From: Candidatus Brevefilum sp.
GTDB taxonomy: Bacteria; Chloroflexota; Anaerolineae; Anaerolineales; Anaerolineaceae
DNA: 64,000 bases
Direction of reading: 5' to 3'
NCBI GenBank assembly: GCA_019428905.1
Contig: JAHYJN010000002.1
Span: 14,071 to 78,070 of the forward strand
Positions 55,227 through 64,000 of this stretch are shown here, piece by piece. The notes under the pieces are model-generated. The model was not told where the DNA came from, did not search any database, and saw only the letters and a list, made by a program, of their open reading frames with translations. Each line of letters opens with the position of its first letter. Position 1 is the stretch's first letter. The position numbers and the translations under genes are program-made.

Positions 55227-56591
55227 TTAATCTGGCCAGGAAGCATCAATTTGCTGTAATGCCTCTGTGCGTGAGATCGTCCCACTGACGTAATCCGTCA
55301 TGTACTTCCAGAAGGTACCAGCACCAACAGCGCCGGGCATCAGGTCAGAACCGTCAAAGCGGAAGGTGGTTGCATTGCGGATGGTCTCTGCTACACCACG
55401 GGTTACGGGGTCAGCATACCAGTCCAGGTTGGCATCATTGTGGACACCAATCGCGCCACCTACTTCAATCCAGTATTTCAGTGATTCGCCAGTGGCGAAG
55501 TACTGGATCACAGCACGAACTTCTGGGCGATCATCGAACACGGCATAAATGTCACCAGCGCCAAGCACAGGTTTTCCAAATTCCTCTTTGATAGGCGGCA
55601 GGTAGAAGAAGTCATAATCCACACCTGCTTCCAATTCTTCGGGGAAGAACGAGGTCACAAAGTTGCCCTGTCGGTTGAACCAGCATCCTGGTGGATCATC
55701 AAACATGGGTTTCGGGGCATCACCAAAGCTGATGGTGGTAATCGCCGAGCGACCACCGTACACAAAATCGTCATTGAACCAAATTGCTTCAATGTAATCC
55801 AGGGCTTCATTGACCTGTGGCGAATCGAAGGGCAGCTCACCGGCAACCCAGGCATCATAATCCTCGGGCGGGGCTACGCGTAACAGCGTATCTTCGATCC
55901 AGTCGGTCATGGTCCAACCGGTGGCTGCGCCAGATTCAATCCCGATGCACCAGGGGGTGTCGCCATCGGCTGCGATTTCTTCCGTGAGCGCCATCATCTC
56001 TTCCCAGGTTTCAGGAATGGTATATCCGTACTCATCAAACTTTGCTTTGGGATAGAACACAAAGGATTTGCCATTTGCACGAGCCCAAATACCAGCAACC
56101 ATGCCATTCATCGTGGCTAAATCTTGCCATGCCTGAGAATAGTTTTGTTTGATCCAATCAGGGTTGATCAGGGTCTCCATATCAACGGCATAACCTTTAT
56201 CAACCGCTGTTTGCAGTAACCCAGGTTGTGGGAAGTCAACAATATCCGGGCGGTCACCGCCATCGAGGCGGATCATGATGTTGGCCTCAAATTCCTTGGA
56301 GCCCTCATATTGGATGTCAATCCCGGTGGCTTCTTCAAAGGCAGCGATGGAGTCATTGAAAATGACGGCATCCTGGTCAGTGAAGGGGCCAGCCATGGTC
56401 ACAACGGTACCGGCATACATGCCTGCATATGCATTGGCCAACTCTTGGCCTTGTGGCAGGGGTGGAATGGCTTCTTCACCGGGTTCTTCTACGACTGGCT
56501 CTTCAACAGGCGTTTCAGCCGCAGGTGCACAGGCGCCGAGGATCATCGCGAAGATGACAAAAACGGCTAACAATACGAATTTCTTTTTCAT
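55227..56591 (-). CDS. Extracellular solute-binding lipoprotein (family 1, sugar)
   Basis: Lipobox LGAC, Pro/Glu linker PVEEPVVEEPGEE, family-1 SBP length, RBS GGAGGAG. Confidence 0.85.
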   Translation of the reverse strand: MKKKFVLLAVFVIFAMILGACAPAAETPVEEPVVEEPGEEAIPPLPQGQELANAYAGMYAGTVVTMAGPFTDQDAVIFNDSIAAFEEATGIDIQYEGSKEFEANIMIRLDGGDRPDIVDFPQPGLLQTAVDKGYAVDMETLINPDWIKQNYSQAWQDLATMNGMVAGIWARANGKSFVFYPKAKFDEYGYTIPETWEEMMALTEEIAADGDTPWCIGIESGAATGWTMTDWIEDTLLRVAPPEDYDAWVAGELPFDSPQVNEALDYIEAIWFNDDFVYGGRSAITTISFGDAPKPMFDDPPGCWFNRQGNFVTSFFPEELEAGVDYDFFYLPPIKEEFGKPVLGAGDIYAVFDDRPEVRAVIQYFATGESLKYWIEVGGAIGVHNDANLDWYADPVTRGVAETIRNATTFRFDGSDLMPGAVGAGTFWKYMTDYVSGTISRTEALQQIDASWPD

Positions 56592-56700
56592 TTTTGGTAT
56601 TTCTCCTCCAAAGTCTAGTTTAGATCGAAAATATTGTGGACAACAAACAGCTTTTATCTTAATTTTTATCGAATTTACCTCCTTGTGATTTGTTCAAATT

Positions 56701-56760
56701 CCAAACAACAAAACGCGCCCTGCTCAGAGCGGCGAACCGGCTTCAACTGCATGGGCGCGT
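56701..56760 (-). terminator. GC-rich hairpin plus U-tract, a candidate terminator about 410 nt downstream of the GH13 stop
   Basis: ACGCGCCC(56713-20)...GGGCGCGT(56753-60), followed on the minus strand by TTTGTTGTTTGG. Confidence 0.5.
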
Positions 56761-57171
56761 AATTACACACTTTATTACCCTTCCAATAACTTGGTATTGG
56801 ATCTTGAGAAAATCTAATGGATTTTTTCTTCAAATCAAACATTGTTGCTCTTGATCTACCGGCAATCCACTTAGGAAACTGCTTTTATGGAAGCTCTTTC
56901 ATGTGTTTTACCAACTTAATTAAGCCCTGCTTGTCTATAATTACACCCATTATAATGGCACCCTTCAAATCTTGTCAACCGTCTTTCGAAAAGTATTGAA
57001 CATATCTGAAAATCAACACTTGATTTACTCTCAGGCGCTGCAGGCCTCACCCCAACTATCTTTTGTTGAATCACAAAAAATGAATCCCTCCCCAATTGAA
57101 ACAGTCTGCTGATTGATCAGAAATTTTCTATCCGCTTCATCCTGTTGAATTTCTTCCATGAAGATTTCTTT

Positions 57172-58974
57172 TCAGATAGGTGAGAGTAACGTCGCTGAAT
57201 GAGGTTCAACAGACAGGCTCAACTGTCCATCATTTACCGTAAACCGGTGATCCGTAACCAAGTCGACAAAAATACGAAAAACCGTCTCATTTAACTGCCA
57301 CGATACCGTTTTTTCTGACCGGTTGATTAACAGGTACAGGCCTTCCTCACGGGTTTTGGTAAGGACAATGAAATCTTTGTGGTCCCCAGATGAAAATAGC
57401 TTCCATCCCTGCTGGTAAATTCTTGGGGTTGTTTGGCGAATCTCTGCCAATTTAGCTAAATATCCCGGTAAATCGGATTCTTCCACAGCACCCCAATCCA
57501 TCGGCAAACGCGCTTCATCAAACCCCTGGGCTCCTTTCTCATGGATCGATTGTCGCTGTGATAAAGGGATTTCGGTGCCGTAATAAACGATCGGCGGCCC
57601 AGGCAGTGTGTACAACACCAAAAGTGCTAATTTCAACAACTTTTCATCCAGCTCAGATGTAAACAAAAAACGATTCATATCGTGGTTATCAAGAAATGCA
57701 GGCAGGCTGAAATCTTCTGGAAAATAATCAAAGTGGTTCTGTAAGAAAGCCGCGAATTTATCCAGCGGCCATTCACGCTGACCAAAGGTCAGCCGCAGCA
57801 CCTGGCATAACAAAAAGTCCAACGCCCCACTTACCCCGCAAGCATAGTTGGCTTGCACATCCGGCGGCTGAACAATTTCTGCAAACGTCCAAACCTCGGG
57901 GTTAATCGCTGTACAGGCACGCCGAAAATCTACCCAGAAATCCTGTTCAGGACCGTGGGCATAATCCAATCGGAATCCGTCTAACCCAGTTTTTAACCAA
58001 AATTGGGCGGTCTTAAAAAGGTAATCCCTTGCCGGATTGCCGTAACTAAGGTTTAGTTTGGGCATCGTTCTGACGTTGTAGAAACATTCATATTCAGGCC
58101 AATCTTTCCACACAAAATAATCACGGTATGGGCTGTCTGGATCGCTGACTGCATCCTGAAAGTAAGGATGCTCGCTGGAGCAGTGATTGGCCACAAAATC
58201 CAGAATGACCTTGATTTTGTGTAGATGTGCGACTTTAACCAGTTTCATGAAGTCTTCCATGGAGCCCAATCTGGGATTGATCTGGTAATAATCGCTGATA
58301 TCGTAGCCGTGGTGCGACGGGCTGTCGAAGATGGGGGTCAACCAAACCGTATTAAACCCCATCGACTTGATAAATGGCATTTTTTCAATGATTCCCTGCA
58401 GTGTCCCACCGAAGGGTTTCTTAAGATCGGTGTACGATGCCCATGATCGATCTTCACCCGGATTAAAACGATCAACAAAGATTTGATAGGTAATCGCACG
58501 TTCTGCCCAACCTGGCTGGGTATCCTCACCGTACCAAGTGGAAAAATGCGTAGCCGTCTCAAAGTCTTCGGATTGTGAGTCTGCATAAAGGATCTTGGAA
58601 GATCCTTGCAGCTCAGCCCCAATTTTATACCGCAGCATCGTCCCCGCTGGCTGCGGTGGAATTGTGATCACCCATTCCTGCAGATAGGACCACAAAGCTG
58701 TGTTCCAGACAGTTCGTGCCTTTGTTAATTTTTCCACATGATGGTGCTGCCAGTCATCGGTCGTCAGCCACACAAAAACGGACTCAATGTTAAGGTCTGA
58801 CGATACAGTCGCATGCAGGTTGACGGTTTCACCTGGCTTGGGACGCACAGGCGTCATCCTATGGTTATGACGAACACCACGATAACGGTCGATAAACCAG
58901 CGCACGGCGTTTTGCGGTTGGTCAAGGTCGCCAAAAATATGATCTTTAACAGGTTTTCCTTTTGCTGGGCTCAT
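57172..58974 (-). CDS. GH13 alpha-amylase-family enzyme (neopullulanase/cyclomaltodextrinase/alpha-glucosidase-like, cytoplasmic)
   Basis: DFVANH (I), GFRLDYA (II), FAEIV (III) and FLDNHD (IV). No signal peptide. The ATG at 58974 (MSPAKGK) is preferred over the alternative at 59028. Confidence 0.85.
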   Translation of the reverse strand: MSPAKGKPVKDHIFGDLDQPQNAVRWFIDRYRGVRHNHRMTPVRPKPGETVNLHATVSSDLNIESVFVWLTTDDWQHHHVEKLTKARTVWNTALWSYLQEWVITIPPQPAGTMLRYKIGAELQGSSKILYADSQSEDFETATHFSTWYGEDTQPGWAERAITYQIFVDRFNPGEDRSWASYTDLKKPFGGTLQGIIEKMPFIKSMGFNTVWLTPIFDSPSHHGYDISDYYQINPRLGSMEDFMKLVKVAHLHKIKVILDFVANHCSSEHPYFQDAVSDPDSPYRDYFVWKDWPEYECFYNVRTMPKLNLSYGNPARDYLFKTAQFWLKTGLDGFRLDYAHGPEQDFWVDFRRACTAINPEVWTFAEIVQPPDVQANYACGVSGALDFLLCQVLRLTFGQREWPLDKFAAFLQNHFDYFPEDFSLPAFLDNHDMNRFLFTSELDEKLLKLALLVLYTLPGPPIVYYGTEIPLSQRQSIHEKGAQGFDEARLPMDWGAVEESDLPGYLAKLAEIRQTTPRIYQQGWKLFSSGDHKDFIVLTKTREEGLYLLINRSEKTVSWQLNETVFRIFVDLVTDHRFTVNDGQLSLSVEPHSATLLSPI

Positions 58975-59082
58975 AAACTCACACTCCAAATCAAAAAGGT
59001 GTCCTGACCAATGGATAGCCGCAGACACCTTTTTTGCTTAGTCTCTAATCTCGAAATAATCAGTACACATTTACCAAACGGT

Positions 59083-59982
59083 TTATCCCTTGACCGCACC
59101 TTGTGTTAAACCGCCCACAATTTGATCCTGCAGAACCAGGTAAATCACCATGATGGGCAGCGCGCTGATCAACGCGCCAGCGGCAAAGATGCCCCATTTC
59201 TGGGAGAACATGCCTGAAGTGTAAATCTGCAAGCCAACCATGATCGTGTACAGTTCGGTTGTTTTCAGTAAGGTGCGGGCGACGATGAAATCGCCATACG
59301 TGCCGATAAAACTCAGGATCCCAATCACCACCAGGATCGGTCGCAGCAAAGGTAGGATCAACCGCCAAAAAATCTGCCAATCCGATGCGCCATCCACATG
59401 CGCGGATTCATCAATGTCACGGGGAATGGTATCCATGTAGCCCTTCATTAGCCAGATGTTCATACCCATCGCCCCACCCAAGTACACAATGATCAATCCC
59501 AAATGTGTATTCAAACCCAAGGAAGGGATAATGTTGCCAAACTGGGTTAGGATCAGGAACAAGGCCACAATCGAAAGCAAGTTCGGGAAGACTTGGATCA
59601 ACAGGATCGCTTTTAACATTGTTGTCCGGCCTGCAAACCTGAATCGTGAGAAGGCGTAGGCCGCCATCGTCGTTAAGGACAGCGTCAGGATGGTAGTGAT
59701 CGTCGTGATCTTGACAGAGTTCCAAAACCAACGAAAAAACGGGAAGGTTGGGTTGCCAACCAAATCCTGGAAATTCTTAAAGCCAGGATTCTGGGGAATC
59801 AAGCGTGCCGTCGCCAGCGTGCCCGTGGGATTGAGAGAGGCTGAAATGATCCACAACAAAGGAAAGACAGAGAAGAAAATCAGGAACACGGCAATCACCC
59901 AGCGGATGATGATGCCCAACCGCCGTTGTTGTGTCATCGACCGGGGTTTTTTTGTCTTTTTCGTTAACTCAGACATTTTCAC
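59083..59982 (-). CDS. malG: Maltose/maltodextrin ABC transporter permease MalG-like
   Basis: EAA motif ESAHVDGASDWQIFWRLILP; 6 TM segments. Confidence 0.8.
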   Translation of the reverse strand: MKMSELTKKTKKPRSMTQQRRLGIIIRWVIAVFLIFFSVFPLLWIISASLNPTGTLATARLIPQNPGFKNFQDLVGNPTFPFFRWFWNSVKITTITTILTLSLTTMAAYAFSRFRFAGRTTMLKAILLIQVFPNLLSIVALFLILTQFGNIIPSLGLNTHLGLIIVYLGGAMGMNIWLMKGYMDTIPRDIDESAHVDGASDWQIFWRLILPLLRPILVVIGILSFIGTYGDFIVARTLLKTTELYTIMVGLQIYTSGMFSQKWGIFAAGALISALPIMVIYLVLQDQIVGGLTQGAVKG

Positions 59983-61573
59983 TAACCTCCTCCCACATAT
60001 TGGTGAACTTAAACTGGGCTAAAGCCATCAAGGCAATGAAGATGAAGATCACAATCGATATCGCTGAAGCAAACCCGTAGTTCACACCCCTACCACCTTC
60101 AAAGGCCAAATTGTACACGTAGCTGATCAGGATATCGGTATAGCCAGCACGTGTCGAAGCCCCTGGAATGGGTGGACCGCCCTGGATGAAAACATAAATT
60201 AGGTTGAAATTGTTGAAGTTGTAGATGAACGAAGCGATCAACAGCGGTCCAACCGCCACCAGCAACAATGGCAGAGTGATGTTCCAGAACTTATTCCAAC
60301 CCCGTGCCCCATCCACTTCGGCCGCTTCATAAATATCACTGGGAATGGATTGTAATGCACCGCTGGTCACCAGCATGAAATACGGATATCCAAGCCATAA
60401 ATTCACGATCAACACAGCAGCCTTTGCCCACCACTGGTTGGTGGTCCAGTTTGGTGAGAAATTGATCAGATCGCGCAGCACTGTATTGACAATCCCAATA
60501 TTTTCATTTAAGATGCCGCGCCAGATCAAAATCGTGATCAGGCTTGGGATGGTGTAGGGGATAATCAACAACGAGCGCAAGATCTTTTTTCCAGGGAAAT
60601 TTGGATCGCCATATAATATCGAGATCGCTAATCCCAAGGCGAAGGTAAGAAATACGCTTAAAAACGCAAAGGCGAAGTTCCATGTCAGTATGATGGCCAA
60701 GGGTCCTCTTAAGGCCGGGTTGGTCAGAAAGTTCTCAAAATTTTCAAAACCAACACCAGCCCGAAAACCCGGGGTTAACGTCCTCCCCTGTTGAGAGGTA
60801 TATGTCCCTTGCCGCTCAAAATACACAATGCCCGTAACTTGATCGGTGAAGGTATCTTCGTCCTCATTGTATAAATAACGGGGTAGCAATTCAGCCGCTT
60901 CCGAGGGCGATCTGACTTGAATGGTCTTTTCTGGATCGCCAAACTTTATTCGGGTCAAATTCGTGTCGGTTGTGGCCAGTATTCGATTCAGGCGAGTAAA
61001 GCCTTCAATGGCAACAGGGGCGCCTGCCTCATCCAGCTCGCCAATCCCATTTTCACCAGGTATCACCTCCAAAATATGATCTTCTTCATCGGCATCTGTT
61101 TGCCTGGCCAGGTTGGTATTGCCTGCTGCATCTTTGATCCACAGCAAGTATTCACCATCTTCTGAACGGTATGCAATCCACTCAAAAGCCCGACCTTCTT
61201 CGGGTAAATAAAGTTCGCGCTGGATTTGATCAAGTGCTTGTACTTTTGTGAGCAGGTGACCATCCCCATAATTGGTAAATGCCACGTATGATGTGTATAT
61301 GATGGGAAAGATCGCAAATAACAATAAAGCCGACAGCCCAACCGCCATCCAGCGCAGAGGATAAGCTTTGGGCGCTAAAAAGACATAGGTGTTAAAGATA
61401 ACAATAATGATCAAAACGACAGCGACTTCAAAAAAGCCATTGATCATGAGCTGCGTAATGAACCAGATCAAGCCAATGTCCGCGACAGCCAGGAGTGCAA
61501 ACCGCAGGATGGCTGATAATTCGAAATGAACTTTTTTCGCTGTCTTACTTAAACGTTCACGACTAGAATCCAT
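59969..61573 (-). CDS. malF: Maltose/maltodextrin ABC transporter permease MalF-like with a large P2 loop
   Basis: EAA motif EAAEVDGARGWNKFWNITLP. A large extracytoplasmic loop after TM3, as in MalF. It overlaps the malG start by 14 nt. Confidence 0.8.
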   Translation of the reverse strand: MDSSRERLSKTAKKVHFELSAILRFALLAVADIGLIWFITQLMINGFFEVAVVLIIIVIFNTYVFLAPKAYPLRWMAVGLSALLLFAIFPIIYTSYVAFTNYGDGHLLTKVQALDQIQRELYLPEEGRAFEWIAYRSEDGEYLLWIKDAAGNTNLARQTDADEEDHILEVIPGENGIGELDEAGAPVAIEGFTRLNRILATTDTNLTRIKFGDPEKTIQVRSPSEAAELLPRYLYNEDEDTFTDQVTGIVYFERQGTYTSQQGRTLTPGFRAGVGFENFENFLTNPALRGPLAIILTWNFAFAFLSVFLTFALGLAISILYGDPNFPGKKILRSLLIIPYTIPSLITILIWRGILNENIGIVNTVLRDLINFSPNWTTNQWWAKAAVLIVNLWLGYPYFMLVTSGALQSIPSDIYEAAEVDGARGWNKFWNITLPLLLVAVGPLLIASFIYNFNNFNLIYVFIQGGPPIPGASTRAGYTDILISYVYNLAFEGGRGVNYGFASAISIVIFIFIALMALAQFKFTNMWEEVSENV

Positions 61574-61604
61574 TTGCCACCTCTTTTTTATCTATTGGAT
61601 AGAT

Positions 61605-61634
61605 AAAGGAGATCAGGCTAGCCTGATCTCCTTT
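61605..61634. terminator. Perfect 30-nt palindrome between the binding-protein and malF genes (intercistronic hairpin)
   Basis: AAAGGAGATCAGGCT/AGCCTGATCTCCTTT. Confidence 0.55.
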
Positions 61635-61652
61635 TGAAAATCCTAAGTGGGT

Positions 61653-63236
61653 CTACGGAACGTCGATCGTTAGAATATTGGTCGCAGGATCGTACGTGAA
61701 GGTGACCTCGCCATCTTCTGCGAGCTCAAAGGTGTAGTTGTCACCATCAGCAATGCCATCGACACCATAGTTGACAGCCCAGCTGCCATCCAGGGCAACT
61801 TTGGCTTCATAAGAGCCAGCAGGAATTGTAAATGTGCCAACATACAGGCCATCTACTTCGGTCAAAGCTGTGACTTCACAATCCGGCGCCCAATCAGCAG
61901 GACAACCCGCTGCGGCTTGCCAGCTGCCAGGTACGTTGACCATACCTGCTAAGGCGCCACCAATCAGCTCCAAAATTTGGTTTTGTGCATTGGATAATGC
62001 ATCTGCCGGTGAAAGCTCGCCTTGGATGATCAATGAGAATGCATCACCCCAGGCTTGCCAGACACTGCCCATCTCGGCCAGTGCCGGCATTGGCATAGCA
62101 TTGACGCCAGCGGATCCAAAGGCAGCCATATCTTCATCTGTAACCAACTCAAGGGCTGGGATGTAGGCAGGCGGCCGGTTGCCGGCTTCGTACAGCTCGT
62201 ACATAATTTCGGGGGTCGCCACAAATTCGGTCAGGAAAGCCTGTGCCAACAGTTGGTTCTCACTCAGTGCGTTGACGATGAAGCCTTGCACACCCAGGAA
62301 AGGTGCACCACCATCGGGGAAATCAGCGATGGCGTACGGCACGCCTGCGGCACGAATACGATCCAAAGCCCACGGGCCAGCCATCAGCCAGGGCACTTCA
62401 CCGGTCTCAAATAGTGAGTGGGCGGTATCCCAATCTGTGTTGGTGGACATGAACCCTACATTGATCCATTCTCGCATCAGATCACCAGCCGCGATCATAC
62501 CCTCACCGCCAATACCAACATCGTTGGGCAGCCAGTTACCCTCAGCATCACGGCCAAAGATATAAGCACCTTGGGAGGTCATTAATGGGAAGGCATCATA
62601 GGTTGTACCGGAAAGCACAAAGCCCCAGTCAACCAAATCAGCATCTTGCAGTTCAATGCCTTTAACAACCAGTTCATCCCAGGTTTCTGGTGCGGCATCT
62701 ACGAGGTCTGTGTTGTAGAAGAAGGCCAGGTTTTCAGTGGCGTAGGGCATACCGTACAGCTGACCATCAAAAGTGAAGGCACCAACAGCGACATCCACAA
62801 AATCACCTGCTTTGGCACCCAGGTCGATCGGGGCCAACAAACCGCTGGCGACCAATTGGCCTGCCTGGTCATGCGGAACAATGGTGATATCCGGGCCTTC
62901 GCCAGCTGGGGCAGCGATGATGAATTGGTCACGAATGTTGGCAACCTCTTCAATGATCACTTCCACGTTGTATTCAGCCAAAAAGGCAGCAGCCAACGGC
63001 GCCAGGATCGCTGAGCGGGTGTCATCCGCCCAAATCCGCAATGTGGCATCCGGTGTCGTTGCTGGTGGAGCAGGTTCTTCTACGACTGGTTCTTCGACAA
63101 CCGGCTCTTCAACGATCGGTTCCTCAACAACAGGTTCCTCGACCGGGGGCGCTACAGGCGTCTCTTTTGGCCCACAGGCTCCGAGGAGGAGGCTTGCAAT
63201 CATAATGATTGCGAGTAGCAAAAATCTTTTCTTCAT
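61653..63236 (-). CDS. malE: MalE-like maltodextrin-binding lipoprotein with a Pro/Glu repeat linker and a C-terminal beta-sandwich (carbohydrate-binding-like) domain
   Basis: Lipobox LGAC and a (VEEPx)n linker. The core LRIWADD..GPDITIVPHDQAGQLVASGLLAPI is colinear with E. coli MalE. There is an extra C-terminal domain of about 95 aa. Confidence 0.8.
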   Translation of the reverse strand: MKKRFLLLAIIMIASLLLGACGPKETPVAPPVEEPVVEEPIVEEPVVEEPVVEEPAPPATTPDATLRIWADDTRSAILAPLAAAFLAEYNVEVIIEEVANIRDQFIIAAPAGEGPDITIVPHDQAGQLVASGLLAPIDLGAKAGDFVDVAVGAFTFDGQLYGMPYATENLAFFYNTDLVDAAPETWDELVVKGIELQDADLVDWGFVLSGTTYDAFPLMTSQGAYIFGRDAEGNWLPNDVGIGGEGMIAAGDLMREWINVGFMSTNTDWDTAHSLFETGEVPWLMAGPWALDRIRAAGVPYAIADFPDGGAPFLGVQGFIVNALSENQLLAQAFLTEFVATPEIMYELYEAGNRPPAYIPALELVTDEDMAAFGSAGVNAMPMPALAEMGSVWQAWGDAFSLIIQGELSPADALSNAQNQILELIGGALAGMVNVPGSWQAAAGCPADWAPDCEVTALTEVDGLYVGTFTIPAGSYEAKVALDGSWAVNYGVDGIADGDNYTFELAEDGEVTFTYDPATNILTIDVP

Positions 63237-63267
63237 GGGTTACTCCTTATTACATTGATTAATATGA

Positions 63268-63756
63268 TTAGGTTTTCACGTCGATCAGTTCACTTCGACG
63301 TTGAAGATCAATACCTTTATTCAGGTCTGGCTCTACAAGTTCTTCAATATGAGCACTGACCATGGTATAGGCCTGTAATTGATCTTCTGAAAATTTTGCG
63401 AGTAGTTGCTTAATGTGTTCTTGATATGTCGAATACACCTCCTTAAACAGATTATTTCCCCTTTCGGTTAGATCGAGATGAAAACTTCTGCGGTCGTCGG
63501 GGTTGACATTTCTTTTTACCAAACCATCTCTTTGCATGGCGCTCACCACTCGGCTGGTATTACTCTTGGTGCACAACAGCAAATTACTCAGATCATTATA
63601 ATTGATTCCAGGATGATCATGAATATGCATCAAAATATAAAAGCGGGGGATAGATAAATTAAAATGCGCCAGCAACATTTTTTCTCGGTTGTCAATATGC
63701 AGGAAAATTGATTTAAGCGAATAGTACAAATTACACCCATTTTCTTGCCTGATCAT
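63268..63756 (-). CDS. MarR-family transcriptional regulator
   Basis: wHTH region DLSNLLLCTKSNTSRVVSAMQRDGLVKR..PDDRRSFHLDLTERG. The ATG at 63756 is preferred; the track's TTG at 63789 lies inside a tandem repeat. Confidence 0.8.
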   Translation of the reverse strand: MIRQENGCNLYYSLKSIFLHIDNREKMLLAHFNLSIPRFYILMHIHDHPGINYNDLSNLLLCTKSNTSRVVSAMQRDGLVKRNVNPDDRRSFHLDLTERGNNLFKEVYSTYQEHIKQLLAKFSEDQLQAYTMVSAHIEELVEPDLNKGIDLQRRSELIDVKT

Positions 63757-63772
63757 GTCTTTCCTTGTTGAC

Positions 63773-63828
63773 CAATCACTCACCAACAATCACTCACCAA
63801 CAATCACAAACAAACAATCACTAATCAA
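63773..63828. repeat. Four tandem 14-bp direct repeats (CAATCACTCACCAA x2, then CAATCACAAACAAA and CAATCACTAATCAA)
   Basis: Read directly from the sequence. They lie immediately upstream of the MarR-family gene start. Confidence 0.85.
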
Positions 63829-64000
63829 AGAGATGATTTAGTTGATAAGTAAACAATATAAACCCAGATTAACAATTTGTCAAGAGAATCTTAAATCTCT
63901 TATTGTACGTTAATATTATTCAATCATTTTTCTTCCTGATCACGCTTTCACAACCTCAACACTGTGTCGGCAATACGTTTAGCAGAATTTGTGGATGGCT

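Noticed and set aside
57031-57159. A 42-codon minus-strand ORF (MEEIQQDEADRKFLINQQTVSIGEGFIFCDSTKDSWGEACSA) in the long spacer.
   Set aside because: It has no RBS and no recognisable family. It begins only 13 nt after the GH13 stop, so there is not enough evidence to call it a gene.
63048-63167. A 15-bp periodic DNA repeat near the 5' end of the malE-like gene, considered as a possible non-coding repeat element.
   Set aside because: It is the coding sequence of a (V/I)EEPV Pro/Glu tether following the lipobox. The periodicity is explained by the peptide repeat.
63773-63828. Whether the tandem repeats form a CRISPR array.
   Set aside because: The units are only 14 bp and directly abutting, with no spacers. 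No cas genes are present in the window.

Overview
This window looks like a gene-dense, mostly housekeeping chromosomal segment. The lineage is probably a monoderm Chloroflexota (Anaerolineae-like) bacterium; that guess is an inference from gene content, lipobox plus Pro/Glu-linker solute-binding proteins, and many acidic tails.

I can support about 55 CDS, 3 tRNAs (Leu-TAG, Arg-TCT, Asp-GTC), several intrinsic terminators and one good sigma70-like promoter. I saw no rRNA, CRISPR array, transposase, integrase or prophage block.

Gene content:
- Alpha-glucan metabolism: a GH57 fragment, a 1148-aa GH13 and a second GH13.
- Two paralogous sugar/maltodextrin ABC uptake loci that lack an ATPase gene.
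- Core genes: pfkA, prfB, ftsY, rlmN, clpP, tig, relA, nusB, pckA, murA, trxA, rpsF, rpsR, smc, rnc, scpA and nnr.

I did not find a convincing, self-contained novel multi-gene system. The observations most worth a second look are:
1. A decayed ssb relic between rpsF and rpsR.
2. Tandem lipoprotein-anchored serpin paralogs whose reactive-centre loops have diverged.
3. A 525-aa plus 143-aa module of unknown function, apparently DNA-binding, behind a nested-hairpin leader and next to tRNA-Arg.
4. A small Cys/His protein with an extreme polyacidic tail.
5. A four-module fused Fe-S flavoprotein paired with a DAO-type oxidase.
6. A MalE-like binding protein carrying a C-terminal carbohydrate-binding-like domain.
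7. MurA with Asp at the fosfomycin-target Cys position.
8. The prfB +1 frameshift, which the ORF track misses.

All family assignments come from motif recognition by eye. None has been checked against a database.
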